Of a stretch of DNA of 64,000 nucleotides, positions 11,800 through 27,340 are shown piece by piece (the stretch's first letter is position 1; every line of letters starts with the position of its first letter). The notes beneath the pieces were generated by a model. It made no database searches and was not told the DNA's origin. It worked only from the letters and a program-made list of their open reading frames with translations. The DNA is from Eledone cirrhosa. Lineage: Eukaryota. The stretch is taken from NCBI GenBank assembly GCA_964016885.1, contig OZ024749.1, positions 27,590,001 to 27,654,000 on the forward strand, read 5' to 3'. The translations under genes were made by a program, and so were the position numbers.

Positions 11800-13090
11800 G
11801 TAGGGGGAAAGACATGAGCAGGGAGTTCCATGGAGCCAACATTCTGGACGAGAAGGTCTGGCGGTACTGATTTACACATAAACGCGAGCGTATGTATGAG
11901 GGCTAGAGGCGTGGGAATGACCATTAAACATAGCAGAAAAAAATGTATGTATATATATATATATGCATGTGTGTTTCATTTCGCAAGTAAATTTATTTGT
12001 ACGTGTATTTTTTTTAGTTTAAAAGTGGGTGAATATGTGCAAGAAAGCTACAGTAAATAAAATACTTCTTCACATGAACACAATATTCAAAATGTGAGAG
12101 TTATTGACATAAAATGTATGTGTATAGAGAGATGGTGCTAGTATACAGCAAAGAAAACATTACATACTTATTTAGATGAAAACATGTATCCAAAATGAGA
12201 AGAGTTCTATAAAGGGGCAGTAACTCCAAACAAAGGTAGATAACTCTAATCAAATTTAAGGCATGAGTCATTGCTCGTGCGGTGAAGGACGCACGCCAGC
12301 CTACCAACAAGGCTGTATGCCTCTGCAGCGATTCAATCTTCAGACACATAGAATGGTTCATGCCATGCATAAGTAGGCAATGAAGTCCGAACCGCTACGC
12401 AAGGCCGCATTACTATTTAATAAATTAGTTATATTTATAGGTAACATTTTATTTATTTAAAAAAAAAAAATGGGAACGGAAAGAAAGCGAGATAACATGC
12501 CTCAAAATATATTCCGTGTGTTAACTCACTCTCATCCCATTTCTATATATAAATTAATTAAAAAAACTAGTATTTTGTACATACATACAGAACAATTAAT
12601 ATGGAAATAAATATGCTTATTTGAAGATGGTAATAGATATCTTACAGACAGATCTGTTTCTGGAAATAATAGTGTACTTTTGAGGGGGAAAGGCATGAGC
12701 AGGAAGTTCCATAGAGCGAACATTCTGGACCAGAAGGACAGGGAGTACTGATTCATACATAAACGTAAGCGTATGTATCAGGGCTAGATGTGTGGCAATG
12801 ACCATTAAATTAGCTATAAACAATTTATAGCAGAAAAAAAGATATGCATATATATATGTGTGTGTGTTTCATTTCTCAAGTAAACAACCACCATTAATGA
12901 AATTTAAGGGTCAGTCCGCCTGGTAGTGCCGGCTGACAGGAACAGCCATTTCACTTTGTCAAGCTTGCACTTGCAGGTAGCCAACTCTGATCCAATTGCA
13001 GTGAATAGGGATGTGGTGGGGAAGACGAGCAAGGAGTTCCATGGAACAGATATTCCTGAAAAGAAGGACTGGTGTGGGTCCTGCAGGGAT
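11800..13090 (-). mobile_element. Three decayed LINE 3'-end fragments (11800-11995, 12683-12882, ~13015-13090)
   Basis: First two are ~200-bp near duplicates; reverse translation SFWSRMFALWNFL resembles the SF..R...LWN.LP end motif of CR1/L2/Jockey ORF2. Confidence 0.5.
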
Positions 13091-13318
13091 GAACACCATA
13101 TGTGATTTGACGAGGAGAGACAAGGGAATCAGGAGTGCTTTCTCAGAGGAAGGGAGGAAAAAGTTTAGATTCTTTTTTTCTCTTTTGTTTGTTAGTGATA
13201 AAAAAATACAAGATACATAATTGTTTCTTCTTTAGCCACATTAAGGACTATTTCATATTTATCAAATAAACATCCCTGTATTTGAAGAGTATTTCATTGG
13301 AGCCACGTCTATAGTATC

Positions 13319-13369
<51 letters not shown>

Positions 13370-13699
13370 CATCATCATCGTTTAATGTCTATCTTCCAAG
13401 CTAGCATGGGTTTAGACGGTATATATATCTATATATATATATAATATCTATATATATAGTATATAGATATAGAATTGCTGGAAAAATAAAGACATGAATA
13501 AACAACAAAAACATCATTTCAAATAAAAACAAAAGCCAAATTTTAAAACAAAATTTTATGAAAAAGATCAACTGTATGAGAGAGGGGAAGGGGCCAGTTA
13601 AAAACACTAAAGCGTTTATTGCAAATATTATTATTATTATTATTATTATTATAGTAGCTGGTTTTGTTGTTTCATTAAATAAAGTTTCATATAAGGTAC

Positions 13700-15400
13700 A
13701 CATCAGGTACCTCCTTCCATTTCAGTGTACACAACTAACTGTACCTCTTCCTAGCCAAATATTATCTCATGGGTAGTAGTAGTATATAAACACACTGTTT
13801 CCCAATGAGGTACATAAATATGTACCCTTACCAGATTAAGATATATCCCTGCAGCAGGCCTATGTTGGGTACTTAGTTGACGTTTTTTTGTCAAATAGTA
13901 TAAATACTACTATATGTGTAACATACACTTGTCAGTTAGATCACAGATCACATGTACCCTTTCATATACCCTTATGTACCCCAGATTGTTAATATCACAC
14001 TGACAGGTAGTTAGTGAAACCCAACCCAGTCTCTTGTGCAACCCCTTAAGTAGTACACATCAACAGAAATGCTGTGATATTCCAGCAACCAGTGGAGGAC
14101 AATGGTAATCCATGTACCACAGAATGCTGTAGTACCCGATAATCCGTGTACTATTGAACACAATAGTACCCTGTAACCCATGTACCACAAAACAATACTC
14201 CCCTGTAGTCCATATATCATGGAACACAGTAGTACCCTGTAATCTATATACCACAGAACACAGTAGTACCCCTGCAAAACTGTACCATAGACATACAATA
14301 GTACCTTTGTAATAAATGTATCACAGAGGTTCTGTGGCACCCTGCAAGCAATGTACCCCAGAAGTGCAATAGTACTCTTGTGAACAATAAGATACTAGGA
14401 TGCTGAGTGCTCCCAAAACAAAAGTAATTTTGTAAGCAATGTACCCATAGTGTCCAACACTATTCGCTACAGCAGTTCGGTTTAAAATGTACCCTAGGAG
14501 TACAGGACTTCTGTCAAAAACTGTATGCACATGCAACAGTTCAGCATTTCTGTTAATAATATACCCCAGAAATAGAGAGCTACTGTAAGCAATATTACCC
14601 AAGGAGTACATCACTTACCCTTTCATAAGAAATGTACACCAGGGGGGTTTACAAAAGTTTACTATAGACAGTTATGAATAAAAAGTACCGAGTTCAATTG
14701 TAAATGTTGTTAGGTATGTTAGTATTGTTAGATATATTGCAGTTGTTAGGTCCAAAGTAAGACCTATGTTCAAAGGCATTCCAGCCCATCGTCTGTGATG
14801 TGATGTCTGTAGGTGCTGTGAAATCATTAAATCCACCAATATTGTGCCACTGCGTGTTGTTAGGTCTGGAAGCAGGGTGGGGCATTGTTAAATCTAGGGG
14901 GTTTATACCTGTGAGTGTTGTCAGGCCTGTAAAACGTGGTTATGTCAGTAAGTGTTGTGAGGACATTAAAATCAAAAATGTTATATCTGTGGGTGTTTCA
15001 GGCTTGGTTGGGGGCACTATTATATCTGTCGTTGCTGTTAAGTTTGGGGTGAGTACATATACCTCAGGTTAGTGTTAGGTCTGGTTGAAAGTTGAGGTAT
15101 TTTGATATCTATAGTTGCTGTTAGGTTTCATTGAGGGAAGGGACACTGCTCTTATATCTGTGGGCATTTCAGGCTTGGCTGGGGGCACTGTTATATCCTT
15201 GGTTGCTGTTAGTTTTGGGGTGAATTCATACATCTGTGGTGGTTGTCAGGTTTGGTTGGTGGAAGGGCCACCATTCTTATATCTGTGGGTGTTTCAGGCT
15301 TGGCTGGGGCACTTTTATATTCTTGGTTGCTGTTAGGTTTGGGGGTGAATTCATAAACCTGTGGTAGTTGGGGTGGTAGGGTGGCTGGGGTTATGGTTAG
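13700..15400 (-). other. Probable long 3' UTR of the DOCK gene, with degenerate GTACC-rich and ~55-bp repeats
   Basis: Downstream of the TGA at 16634 on -; AATAAA on - at ~13615-13620; no convincing coding signal. Confidence 0.35.
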
Positions 15401-15696
15401 TTCATTAAATCCATCTATTGATGTTGTAGATGGTCGTTAGGTGAGTTGAAGCAATGATGTTCTAAAAGAGAAGTTATTGGTCGGATGTGTTAGCAAGAAT
15501 GTGTAGATGGCATTGTTGGTTGTTTGTTAGGTTGGTGATGATCAAGTGAAGCAGTGAAGGTCTGGTGTTAAGGTCAGCGGAGCAGTGGCTCACCGGGAGG
15601 AGAGCACAGGAATTCAGTTCATATCACAGAAATGATAGAAAAACAGTTTTGGAGATCAATCAATTCTAATTGACCAATTAATTATATTTGTTGTCT

Positions 15697-16272
<576 letters not shown>

Positions 16273-16633
16273 AAAAACAATAGATTCGTTAAAACTGCAG
16301 TGGTAAGAGAGGAGTTTTTGTTGTTGTTATCATGTGGTCTGCAAAACTTGCAGTTGATGAAGGACAGACACAGAAATATCCAAGTGTGTTTTAAACTATT
16401 ACAGCAGAAACGTTCTGTTGGAGACAGAATGTGGATGCAGAAACGGTCAGACTGGGGACTGGGTGGTGTCGTGGTTGGTGGTGAAGTAATCAAATATATG
16501 CTCCCACCACCATGACCACCTCCACCATTGGCATTACCATTGTTGTCACCATTGTCATCGTCACTGTCGTCACCACCATAATAATCCTCTTTGTTAACAT
16601 ATCTGCTGCATTCTGTTTGGCTCCCCTGTTGTG

Positions 16634-16735
16634 TCATACAGTGCTGGCTCCGGATGTATTATTGAGAAGACTAATGATGGATGCTGTGTGACGGCCCTGG
16701 AGGCTACCAAGACTGTATCGACCGGAGAGAAACTG
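16634..16735 (-). CDS. DOCK9: Probable terminal coding exon of the DOCK9/10/11 gene
   Basis: Long poly-T tract + TAG/CAG acceptor; phase 0 matches exon 55779-55641; [33 protein letters not shown], loosely like DOCK-D Ser-rich C-termini. Confidence 0.6.
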   Translation of the reverse strand, partial: QFLSGRYSLGSLQGRHTASIISLLNNTSGASTV

Positions 16736-17423
16736 CTATAGAAACAGAAAAAAAACAAAAAAAAACAATAAACTAATCAGAAATTTAAATTGTAGTTATT
16801 ATAGCAACAAATTATACAACATATTTTTTTACAATAATTATTTATATAAAAAAAAAACTTTTCTATTCCTACCGCAGAAAATAGGGTATATACTTGTAGG
16901 AAAGTCACTCTTTTCCCACAAAAGAAAAAAAAAATAGCATGCGACCTATCTACTGGACATACAAAACCTCATTTCAAAATATATACGATATGTTTGTAAA
17001 CGTATGTAAAATGGAGGTGTATTTATAGATAAGTATATATAGTAATATTTCAGACATACAACAAATATATAGACACAGATACCATATATATATTTGCGTA
17101 TAAGTCACACATTTGTTATTATAATGAATGATGAACGAATTCTTAAAGAAATGAACTTGTGAAATATTGATGATGCTTAAATAAACTCTGATGATGCCGA
17201 CATAGAGCCAACACCTGAGGGTTAAGTTATAAAACTACAAAATTTTGCTGATTTTAGGCCGGTAGAAACATATGCTTGTTTGACAATGCTTTAAATCTTT
17301 GGTGTTTTTGAAATTAATATATAACAAGCTCTACATGAACCCCATTGCATTGATCTCTTAATCAACTGGTAAAGCAGTTTAACTACTCCAGTAAATAATA
17401 TTACTACTATTATATATATATAT

Positions 17424-17598
17424 ATAATTAGTTACAAAAATGACATATATAGGTACTTAAGTTTCATTGGCTTATTTACCCTAATTCATTCAGCCTGTCA
17501 TAAAATTAAAAATAGCTCCCCATAATTGTTTGACAGGCTGGATGAATAAGCCAACAAAACCTAAGTACCTGTACATGTCACTTTTGTAACTAATTATA
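17424..17598. repeat. Foldback / MITE-like inverted repeat
   Basis: ATAATTAGTTACAAAAATGACAT...TTGGCTTATT pairs with AATAAGCCAA...ATGTCACTTTTGTAACTAATTAT; inner CAGCCTGTCA/TGACAGGCTG. Confidence 0.8.
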
Positions 17599-17765
17599 TT
17601 TAACTCGTCCTATGGACTGAGTACTATAATCCTTAGATATTAATATTAAATTTATACTACAGTTTGCAAGAGATGTCAACATGAATGGACCTGTTATTTT
17701 TATCTAAAGACATTTTTTCCAATTCTAACCCGCCCGTCACCCCAATCTATCTTATTTCCCATTCT

Positions 17766-17803
17766 TTCTTCTGATGAAGGACTAGCATCCGAAAGGTTAA
17801 GAC
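17766..17803 (+). ncRNA. Degenerate minimal hammerhead motif (probable PLE remnant)
   Basis: TCTT-CTGATGA-AGGActagcaTCC-GAAA-GGTT-AAGA; stem III imperfect. Confidence 0.4.
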
Positions 17804-18149
17804 TATCTTCCTGCTATTAACCTAATATATTCCTTTCAAGCATTAACCTAATATATTCCTTTCATATACTGTACCGATTGTGTTATTTCTGTTTACCTTT
17901 TACATACATACATATATATATGAAAGTCAATTCAATCGTGACACTGATTAAGTTAACTGAAAACTAGCAAATCATGTGGAGTATGTGGCAATAAATGACA
18001 TATTGAGGCTGATTAAAGAGGAAGGAGGACAAAGCTCACTAAGCAAACGTTGGTACATGCAATGACAACATGCAGGTAAATCAAGGGTAGATAATCATGC
18101 ATTACTGCTACATCAATGTATAAACAAAGATAAGAAAACGACAAATCAC

Positions 18150-18560
18150 TGTACAACATATCTGCATAAATCACTGTACAAACAAGGACAGAAAACAGCA
18201 TGTATAAACAAGGGTAGATAACCACATGTCTCTGTACAAAATATATGTATAAACAAGGTTAAATAACCACATGTCTCTACAAAATATATGTATAAACAAG
18301 GGTAGATAACCACATGTCCATGTACAAAATATATGTATAATCAAAGGTAGATAACCATAAATCACTGTACTAACGAGGGCAGATAACTAAACGTCCCTGT
18401 ACAAACAGGGACAGATAACTAAATATCACTGTACAAACAAGGCCATATAACCAAATAGGGGTAAATAACCACATATTTCTACATAAACAAGAGCAGATAA
18501 CTGCATATCACTATCTAAACAAGGGTAAATAATCACACATCACTGTAGAAACAAAGGCTG
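18150..18560. repeat. Degenerate minisatellite (AAACAAGGGTAGATAACCACAT...)
   Basis: About 10 copies visible. Confidence 0.8.
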
Positions 18561-18699
18561 TAGTGTACACACACATTATAGGAGAGGCAGGGAAAGACAG
18601 TCCCCTTTATAGGAGACAGTGGTTAGACAGTATTAGAGGAGGGAAACAAAAGGATAGTGCTCTATGTAGGGGAGAAGGAGGTTGATGTAGTGTAGTGCT

Positions 18700-19030
18700 C
18701 TATAAAGAGGAAAATAGAGAGCTCTAAATATTGGAGAAATGGGGTGGAGAATAGGTTACTCCATATATGGGAGCAGGTGATGAAGAATAGAGTGCTCTAC
18801 ATATGGAAGAAGTGGGGTGGAGAATAGAGTGCTCTATTTGGAAAAGGGGGTGAAGAATAGAGTGCTCTACATATGGGAGCAGGGGGTGGAGAATAGAGTG
18901 CTCTATATATGGGAGCAGGGGGTGGAGAATAGAGTGCTCTATATATATATAGGAAAAGGGGTGGAGAATAGAAGGGGGAACAATAGAATGCTGTATATAG
19001 AAGGGGAGAGAACAATAGAGTGTTCCCTAT
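18700..19030. repeat. ~33-bp minisatellite (GGGGTGGAGAATAGAGTGCTCTATAT...)
   Basis: Tandem copies; explains the repetitive ORFs at 18797 and 18817. Confidence 0.85.
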
Positions 19031-19369
19031 ATATAAGAGAAGGAGCTTGTCTAGTGCAGTCATTCCAGATGAGTTACTGTTAAAACAAAGATGGGAGGTT
19101 GATTACAAAGATGATGATGATGATGATGGTGGTGGTGGGGAGGAGGAAGATATTGTTGAGGATTATGATAATAATAATAATTGTTTCTACTTTAGGCACA
19201 AGGCCAGCAATTACTGGTACTTTATTTTATAATAATAATAATACAATAAAGATACAACAATGAGAAGTCTCTACAAGTTAATATCTAAATTAGATTATCA
19301 ATACATAATGCATGAATTTTGATAAGTATTAATAAGTTAATATCAAATCTATATTATTAATACAGAGCT

Positions 19370-19530
19370 TTGTGGCATAGAGTTACGCCTCTTTAGGTTC
19401 TGAGTTCAAATACTGCTGAGTTTAGCTTTGGCTTACATCCTTACGGGGTCGATAAAATAACGTACCAGCAACACACTGGGGTCAATTTAATCGACTTTCT
19501 CCTCCTCCCAAATCACTGGCCCTGTGCCAG
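19370..19530 (+). mobile_element. tRNA-derived SINE
   Basis: GAGTTCAAAT...CATCCTTACGGGGTCGATAAAATAA...CTGGGGTCAATTTAATCGACT. Confidence 0.75.
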
Positions 19531-20218
19531 AGAATATGCCATAAGTTTTAATAAGTATTATTAACAAGATAAACTATGTTAACAGACATTATTTCTGTGA
19601 TAAGTAGTATCAACAAGATAATGTCTAATCTACATTATCAATAGGGTATATATCAATAGGGTATATTATCATGTCATCAATATTGTATGTCCATTTTTCC
19701 ATACTGGCATGGGTTGGACGTGTCATCACGGCTCGTGACAAAACAGATATTCCAATAATATTTCATGTATTGTTCGTACTTTGGAAGGGTCATATTGCCA
19801 ATAACAAACACACACAATCACACATTGCTTTTCATTTGTTTTATTATCAATCAATTAGATAATTAATAATTAAGTAATTAATCATTTAGTTAATTAGTTA
19901 ATCAGTTTGTCAGAGTTCTTTTATTGCAGCATGGGACTATAACCATGACAATAGAGTAAATACTGGTGAATAGGAAGTACATTTTCACCAATAAGGTCAA
20001 AGAGTGTGACAAAAGAAATCTGGGAAACTTTTTAAGCAATTAAGTAGTTATCTAATTGATGATATAACCAAAGTGAAAGCCAACCAGTATGTGTGTCTGT
20101 GTGTGTTTCATTTCTTAATTTTCTCTCTTCTTCAAACTCCATAGCTAATCTAATTTTCCAAAAATATATTTTATTTGTAATAATTATTTTGCCCCCTCCC
20201 TCCATTGTTGTTGTTATT

Positions 20219-20765
20219 TGGCAGTATTGTTAGAGTGTTGGACAACATGCTTTGTGACAGAGTTACAGCTCTTTACATTCTGTATTCGAATCCCACCTGA
20301 GTCAAATCTTTCTTTCATCCTTTCATTGCCAATACAATAAAGTACCAGTCAAGTACTGGGGGTCGTTATAATCAACTTTCCCTCTCCACCCAAATTACTG
20401 GCCTTGTGCCAAATGCAGAAATAATAGGACTGGCAGTATCGGTAGAGCGTCAGACAATATACTTTGTGGCATATAGTTAGTTTTACCTTTCATTCTTAAG
20501 GGGTTGATAAAATAAAGTACCAGTAACTCACTGGGGTTGATTTAATCGACTTCCCCCAAAATGTTAGCCTTGTGAGTAAATCAGAAATTATTATTATTAG
20601 TAAAGGGTCGGACGCCATGCTTTGACGCATAGAGTTACGGCCCTTGCCATTCTGAGTTCAAATCCTGCCGAGGTTAACTTTGCCTTTCATCCTTACGGGG
20701 TCGATAAAATAAAGTACCAGTAATACACTGGGTAATTGCTGGCCTTGTGCCAAAAGTAGAAACAA
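20219..20765 (+). mobile_element. Three head-to-tail SINE copies (~20219-20420, 20430-20585, 20603-20765)
   Basis: Head TGGCAGTAT..TAGAG in the first two and shared body ...GATAAAATAAAGTACCAGT in all three. Confidence 0.75.
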
Positions 20766-21113
20766 TTATTATTAGTAGTAATATCAGTATTACCATCTCA
20801 TGCTTAAGTACGACAATACCCGTTTCAACACGATTTCATATCAAGAATCTTGCAACATAACTAATATAGACTATCAATAAATAATACACACATGTCATAA
20901 TTAGAATAATCTACAAATATAATTTAGATTATCAATAAATAATATTATCAATCAAAATAAAGATTTGCTTAGAAATATACAATAAAAAATATTTATCAAT
21001 TAAAAAGAACAAAAAAAAAAATCAAAACCAAATTGTATTCAAAGTTTGATAAACAGGAGACAAATGTTGATATTGGTTATTACAACCTTACAGTTGTTAG
21101 TTAAAGTCTTGCG

Positions 21114-21160
21114 CCAGCAGCAGCAGCAGCAGCAGCAACACCAGCAACATCAGCAGCAGG
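21114..21160. repeat. (CAG)n trinucleotide repeat
   Basis: Direct inspection. Confidence 0.9.
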
Positions 21161-21290
21161 CTAGCCCCACCCTTCAGCCACCATACCCATCACCACACAC
21201 AGTTCACTATCTAGAGCAATCCTACTAGTTAACAGAACATGCAATTGTTAACCAGTTATATCACACATATATATATACATATATTGTGTG

Positions 21291-21326
<36 letters not shown>

Positions 21327-21416
21327 AACACACACAATATATATATATATATTTTTTTTTTTTTCATATAGAAAAGCTTCTAAGGACTAGAACTGTTTCA
21401 TTCATGAGAAATCACA

Positions 21417-23333
<1,917 letters not shown>

Positions 23334-24174
23334 TTCATTTCATTTCATTTGAGTTTGAGTCCATGCTCAGGCCAAGTCGAAGACTCCAACCTCAGAGTCT
23401 GGTGTGGTTGCCAGGTTGGATTCTCTGTTTAATTTTGACATGTGTAGGAGCGAGTTTGAGTCAGTTTGTGCTCGTTGTGTATATCCTGGGAGATGGGGTT
23501 CAACTCTAATGGTGCTTAAGTATCTATCCAGCTGCAATTTGAATGATTCCACACTGCATCCCGATAGATTTCTGACATGTACCGGAATGGAGTTGAATAG
23601 TTGTGCCCCTCTAACCAACAGACTTGACTCTCGCAGGGTTTTTGCTGCCTGGCCAGCCCTTTTGTTGATTGGTGGTAGCTGGCAGCGCCTTCCGTGGCGC
23701 AGTGAGTGGTAGGTTTTGATACCAAAGTTTGGCACCTTTTGCTCTATCATTTTCCAAATGTATATAATTCGGTATTGCTCAAATCTTCTTTCTATTGAGT
23801 ACATCTTCAAGGTTCTGAGTCTTTGCCAATAGTCCAGGTCCCTCGTTTCTGAGAAGTATGAGGTAAAATTTCTTTGGAGCGATTCCATCTTAGATAGTTG
23901 GCCCTTTGTTGTTGGTGACCACAAATGAGAACAGTAGTCAATCCTCGGAAGTATCATACTGTTCCAGAGGGTTTTCATTGTTGAGGTATCTCTTGATTTG
24001 AAGGTGCGCAAGATCCACCCGCTGTACTTTCTTGCAGTAAGACAGACTGAGTCAAGGTGTTCTCTGAATTTTAAGCTGGTTCCCATGTGGATGCCTAAAT
24101 CTTTCACACACTGTTTTTCCATTATTTGTTGTCCTGATGGGTTTCTGTAGTTTGTTGTATTTTTCAGATCTTCT
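23334..24174 (-). mobile_element. 5'-truncated CR1/L2-group LINE (ORF2 C-terminal part, 23367-24122)
   Basis: KDLGI...GWILRTF...PRIDYCSHLWSP...LESLQRNFT-like...LFNSIP...FK.QLD.YL; (AAATG)n 3' tail; flanked by (TA)n on both sides. Confidence 0.88.
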
Positions 24175-24208
24175 ATATATATATATATAAATATGTATAT
24201 ATAAATAT

Positions 24209-24247
<39 letters not shown>

Positions 24248-24280
24248 CACAATGATATTAAATAAATGGAAACTATATTT

Positions 24281-24337
24281 ATTCTATTATATATATTTCA
24301 AGGGTACCAAAAAACTTACGCTTTCATCAGATAAAAT
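24281..24337 (-). ncRNA. Minimal type I hammerhead ribozyme in a ~150-bp island between TA tracts
   Basis: Minus strand AUUUUAU-CUGAUGA-AAG...CUU-GAAA-UAUAUA-UA-AUAGAAU: 7-bp stem I, intact core, palindromic stem III. Confidence 0.7.
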
Positions 24338-24399
24338 ACAAAGAGTGTTTTATAAATTTTGACATAGCCAAGGATAATCATACCTTATCAGTTGAATAC

Positions 24400-24680
24400 A
24401 AATATATATATATATATATACATATATATTGTATATATACATATATATATACATATATATTGTATATATACATATATATATACATATATATTGTATATAT
24501 ACATATATATATACATATATATTGTATATATACATATATATATATATATATACATATATATTGTATATATATATATATACATATATATATATACATATAT
24601 ATTGTATATATACATATATATATATATATATACATATATATTGTATATATACATATATATATATATATATACATATATAT

Positions 24681-24715
<35 letters not shown>

Positions 24716-25163
24716 TGTATATATATATATACATATATATATACATATATATATACATATATATATACATATACATATATATACATATACATATACATAT
24801 TGTATATATATATATACATATATATATACATATACATATATATATACATATACATATATATATATATACATATATATATACATATATATATATACATATA
24901 TATACATATATATATATATACATATATATATACATATTGTATATATATATACATATTGTATATATATATATACATATATATATACATATTGTATATATAT
25001 ATATACATATATATATACATATTGTATATATATATATACATATATATATACATATTGTATATATATATATACATATATATATACATATTGTATATATATA
25101 TATACATATATATATACATATTGTATATATATATATACATATATATAACTTAATTGTTTATAC

Positions 25164-25194
<31 letters not shown>

Positions 25195-25257
25195 CATATA
25201 TATATACATATATATATATACATATATATATACATATATATATACATATATATATAC

Positions 25258-25290
<33 letters not shown>

Positions 25291-25580
25291 CATATATACA
25301 TATATATATACATATATATACATATATACATATATATATACATATTGTATATATATATATATATACATATATATACACATATATATATACATATACATAT
25401 ATATATACATATATATATATACATATATATACATATATATATATATACATATATACATACATATACATATATAAATATATACATATATATATATACATAT
25501 ATAAATATAAACATATATATATATATACATATATACATAAATATATACATATATAAATATATACATATATATATATATAC
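24400..25580. repeat. TA-derived compound satellite (TACA/TTG interruptions)
   Basis: Direct inspection. Confidence 0.97.
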
Positions 25581-25634
25581 ATAAAATGTTAAACAAATAA
25601 TGAACAAACAATTCCTTATATTAAACAAAAAAAG

Positions 25635-25789
25635 TTCACTATTTAACGATCGTTTCTAGGGCATATATGTGTTATAATTGGTATGCATATTTAACAGATC
25701 TATGTACAAAATTATACAAAATTATACAAATTATCAAGATTAAATATACATACCTAACTCATATATACGCCGTCTTCAGAAATAATGAA
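25635..25789 (-). ncRNA. Type I hammerhead ribozyme of PLE unit A
   Basis: Reverse complement of 36788-36942. Confidence 0.7.
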
Positions 25790-26557
25790 GTATATTTATT
25801 GATAATAACAACAATTCAAAATATCAGTTCAAAATTGACCAATGAAAACACAAAGGGTTAAAAAGCAGTTTGGTGTGTGTATATACATGTAAAACCCTAC
25901 ACACATTTTACAATAATGTGTGTATAATCTGTATGTGCATACTAAAAAGATGGATGCAAATAAAAAATTTCAAGGTTAATATCTCTGTAAGCTTAATGCG
26001 CTGATAAGATACGCAATGATACTTATGGAGTCAAGCATATAAATATATTTTTTTCATACTCACACATATCAGTATAATCACACATACATGTGCGTATATA
26101 TATAAAAATATACACATAACCACGAACACACAAACACACACACTCCCCCACTCACATTTATATATGTGGATATAAAATCATAAGCAAATAGAAATTAAGT
26201 CACTCACATAAACACACTGGTACACACATTTCAAGATCAAGATACAGAAATTAGGTGGGAGGGGGGGGGGTCAGTATTAGACTGTCAGACCAGACAACCT
26301 TAATATAAATGTATCTATAAATTATGAAAAATAAAAAAATAAAAACAATAAAATATAAATACATATAATATAATGTACATACGCATACAGATATACATAC
26401 ACATACATACATGTACGCGCACATAGAGATATCCATACATACATACATACACACATACCTATACTGTCATACACACACATACATTTACACGAACATACTC
26501 ATACACATATAAAAAGATATAAATACGGACACACACACGCGCAACACATACATACAT

Positions 26558-26614
<57 letters not shown>

Positions 26615-26727
26615 TATACACACACACGTAGACTCATATATATATACATACACATACATACATTTATACACAAACATATATATATATCCCACACTCATAC
26701 CACCATAAAAACACATACAAACATCCA

Positions 26728-26778
<51 letters not shown>

Positions 26779-26995
26779 ACATACACACACGTACACACAT
26801 ATGTATATATACATACATATATACACACATACACATATATAAATCCACACACACACATAAAATACAGACATGCACATATATATATATATATATATATATT
26901 TCATTACTCTTATATATACACATAGTATATATACATACACAACCTCACTTATACACATATACACAGAAGTTATATTACAATAATAATAAAGAATA

Positions 26996-27026
<31 letters not shown>

Positions 27027-27305
27027 CATATATATACACACATATAGACATATACATACACACACATACACATACATACATACATACACATACATACATA
27101 CACCTAAATATAAACATATATAAATACATACATACGAATAAAGACATATATTCACACATAGACACCTATATACACATATATATATATAAAATATATATAT
27201 ATATATATCTATATACACACACATACACATACATACACATATATATATATACATATATATACACATATACACACACGCACACACATACAGACACACATAC
27301 ACACT

Positions 27306-27340
<35 letters not shown>

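Noticed and set aside
21046-21228. Poly-Gln ORF
   Set aside because: Short CAG microsatellite with no supporting exon structure or homology
25500-25580. Target-site duplication of the PLE array (similar TACATAAATATATAC variant after 43338)
   Set aside because: Cannot be told apart from shared satellite units
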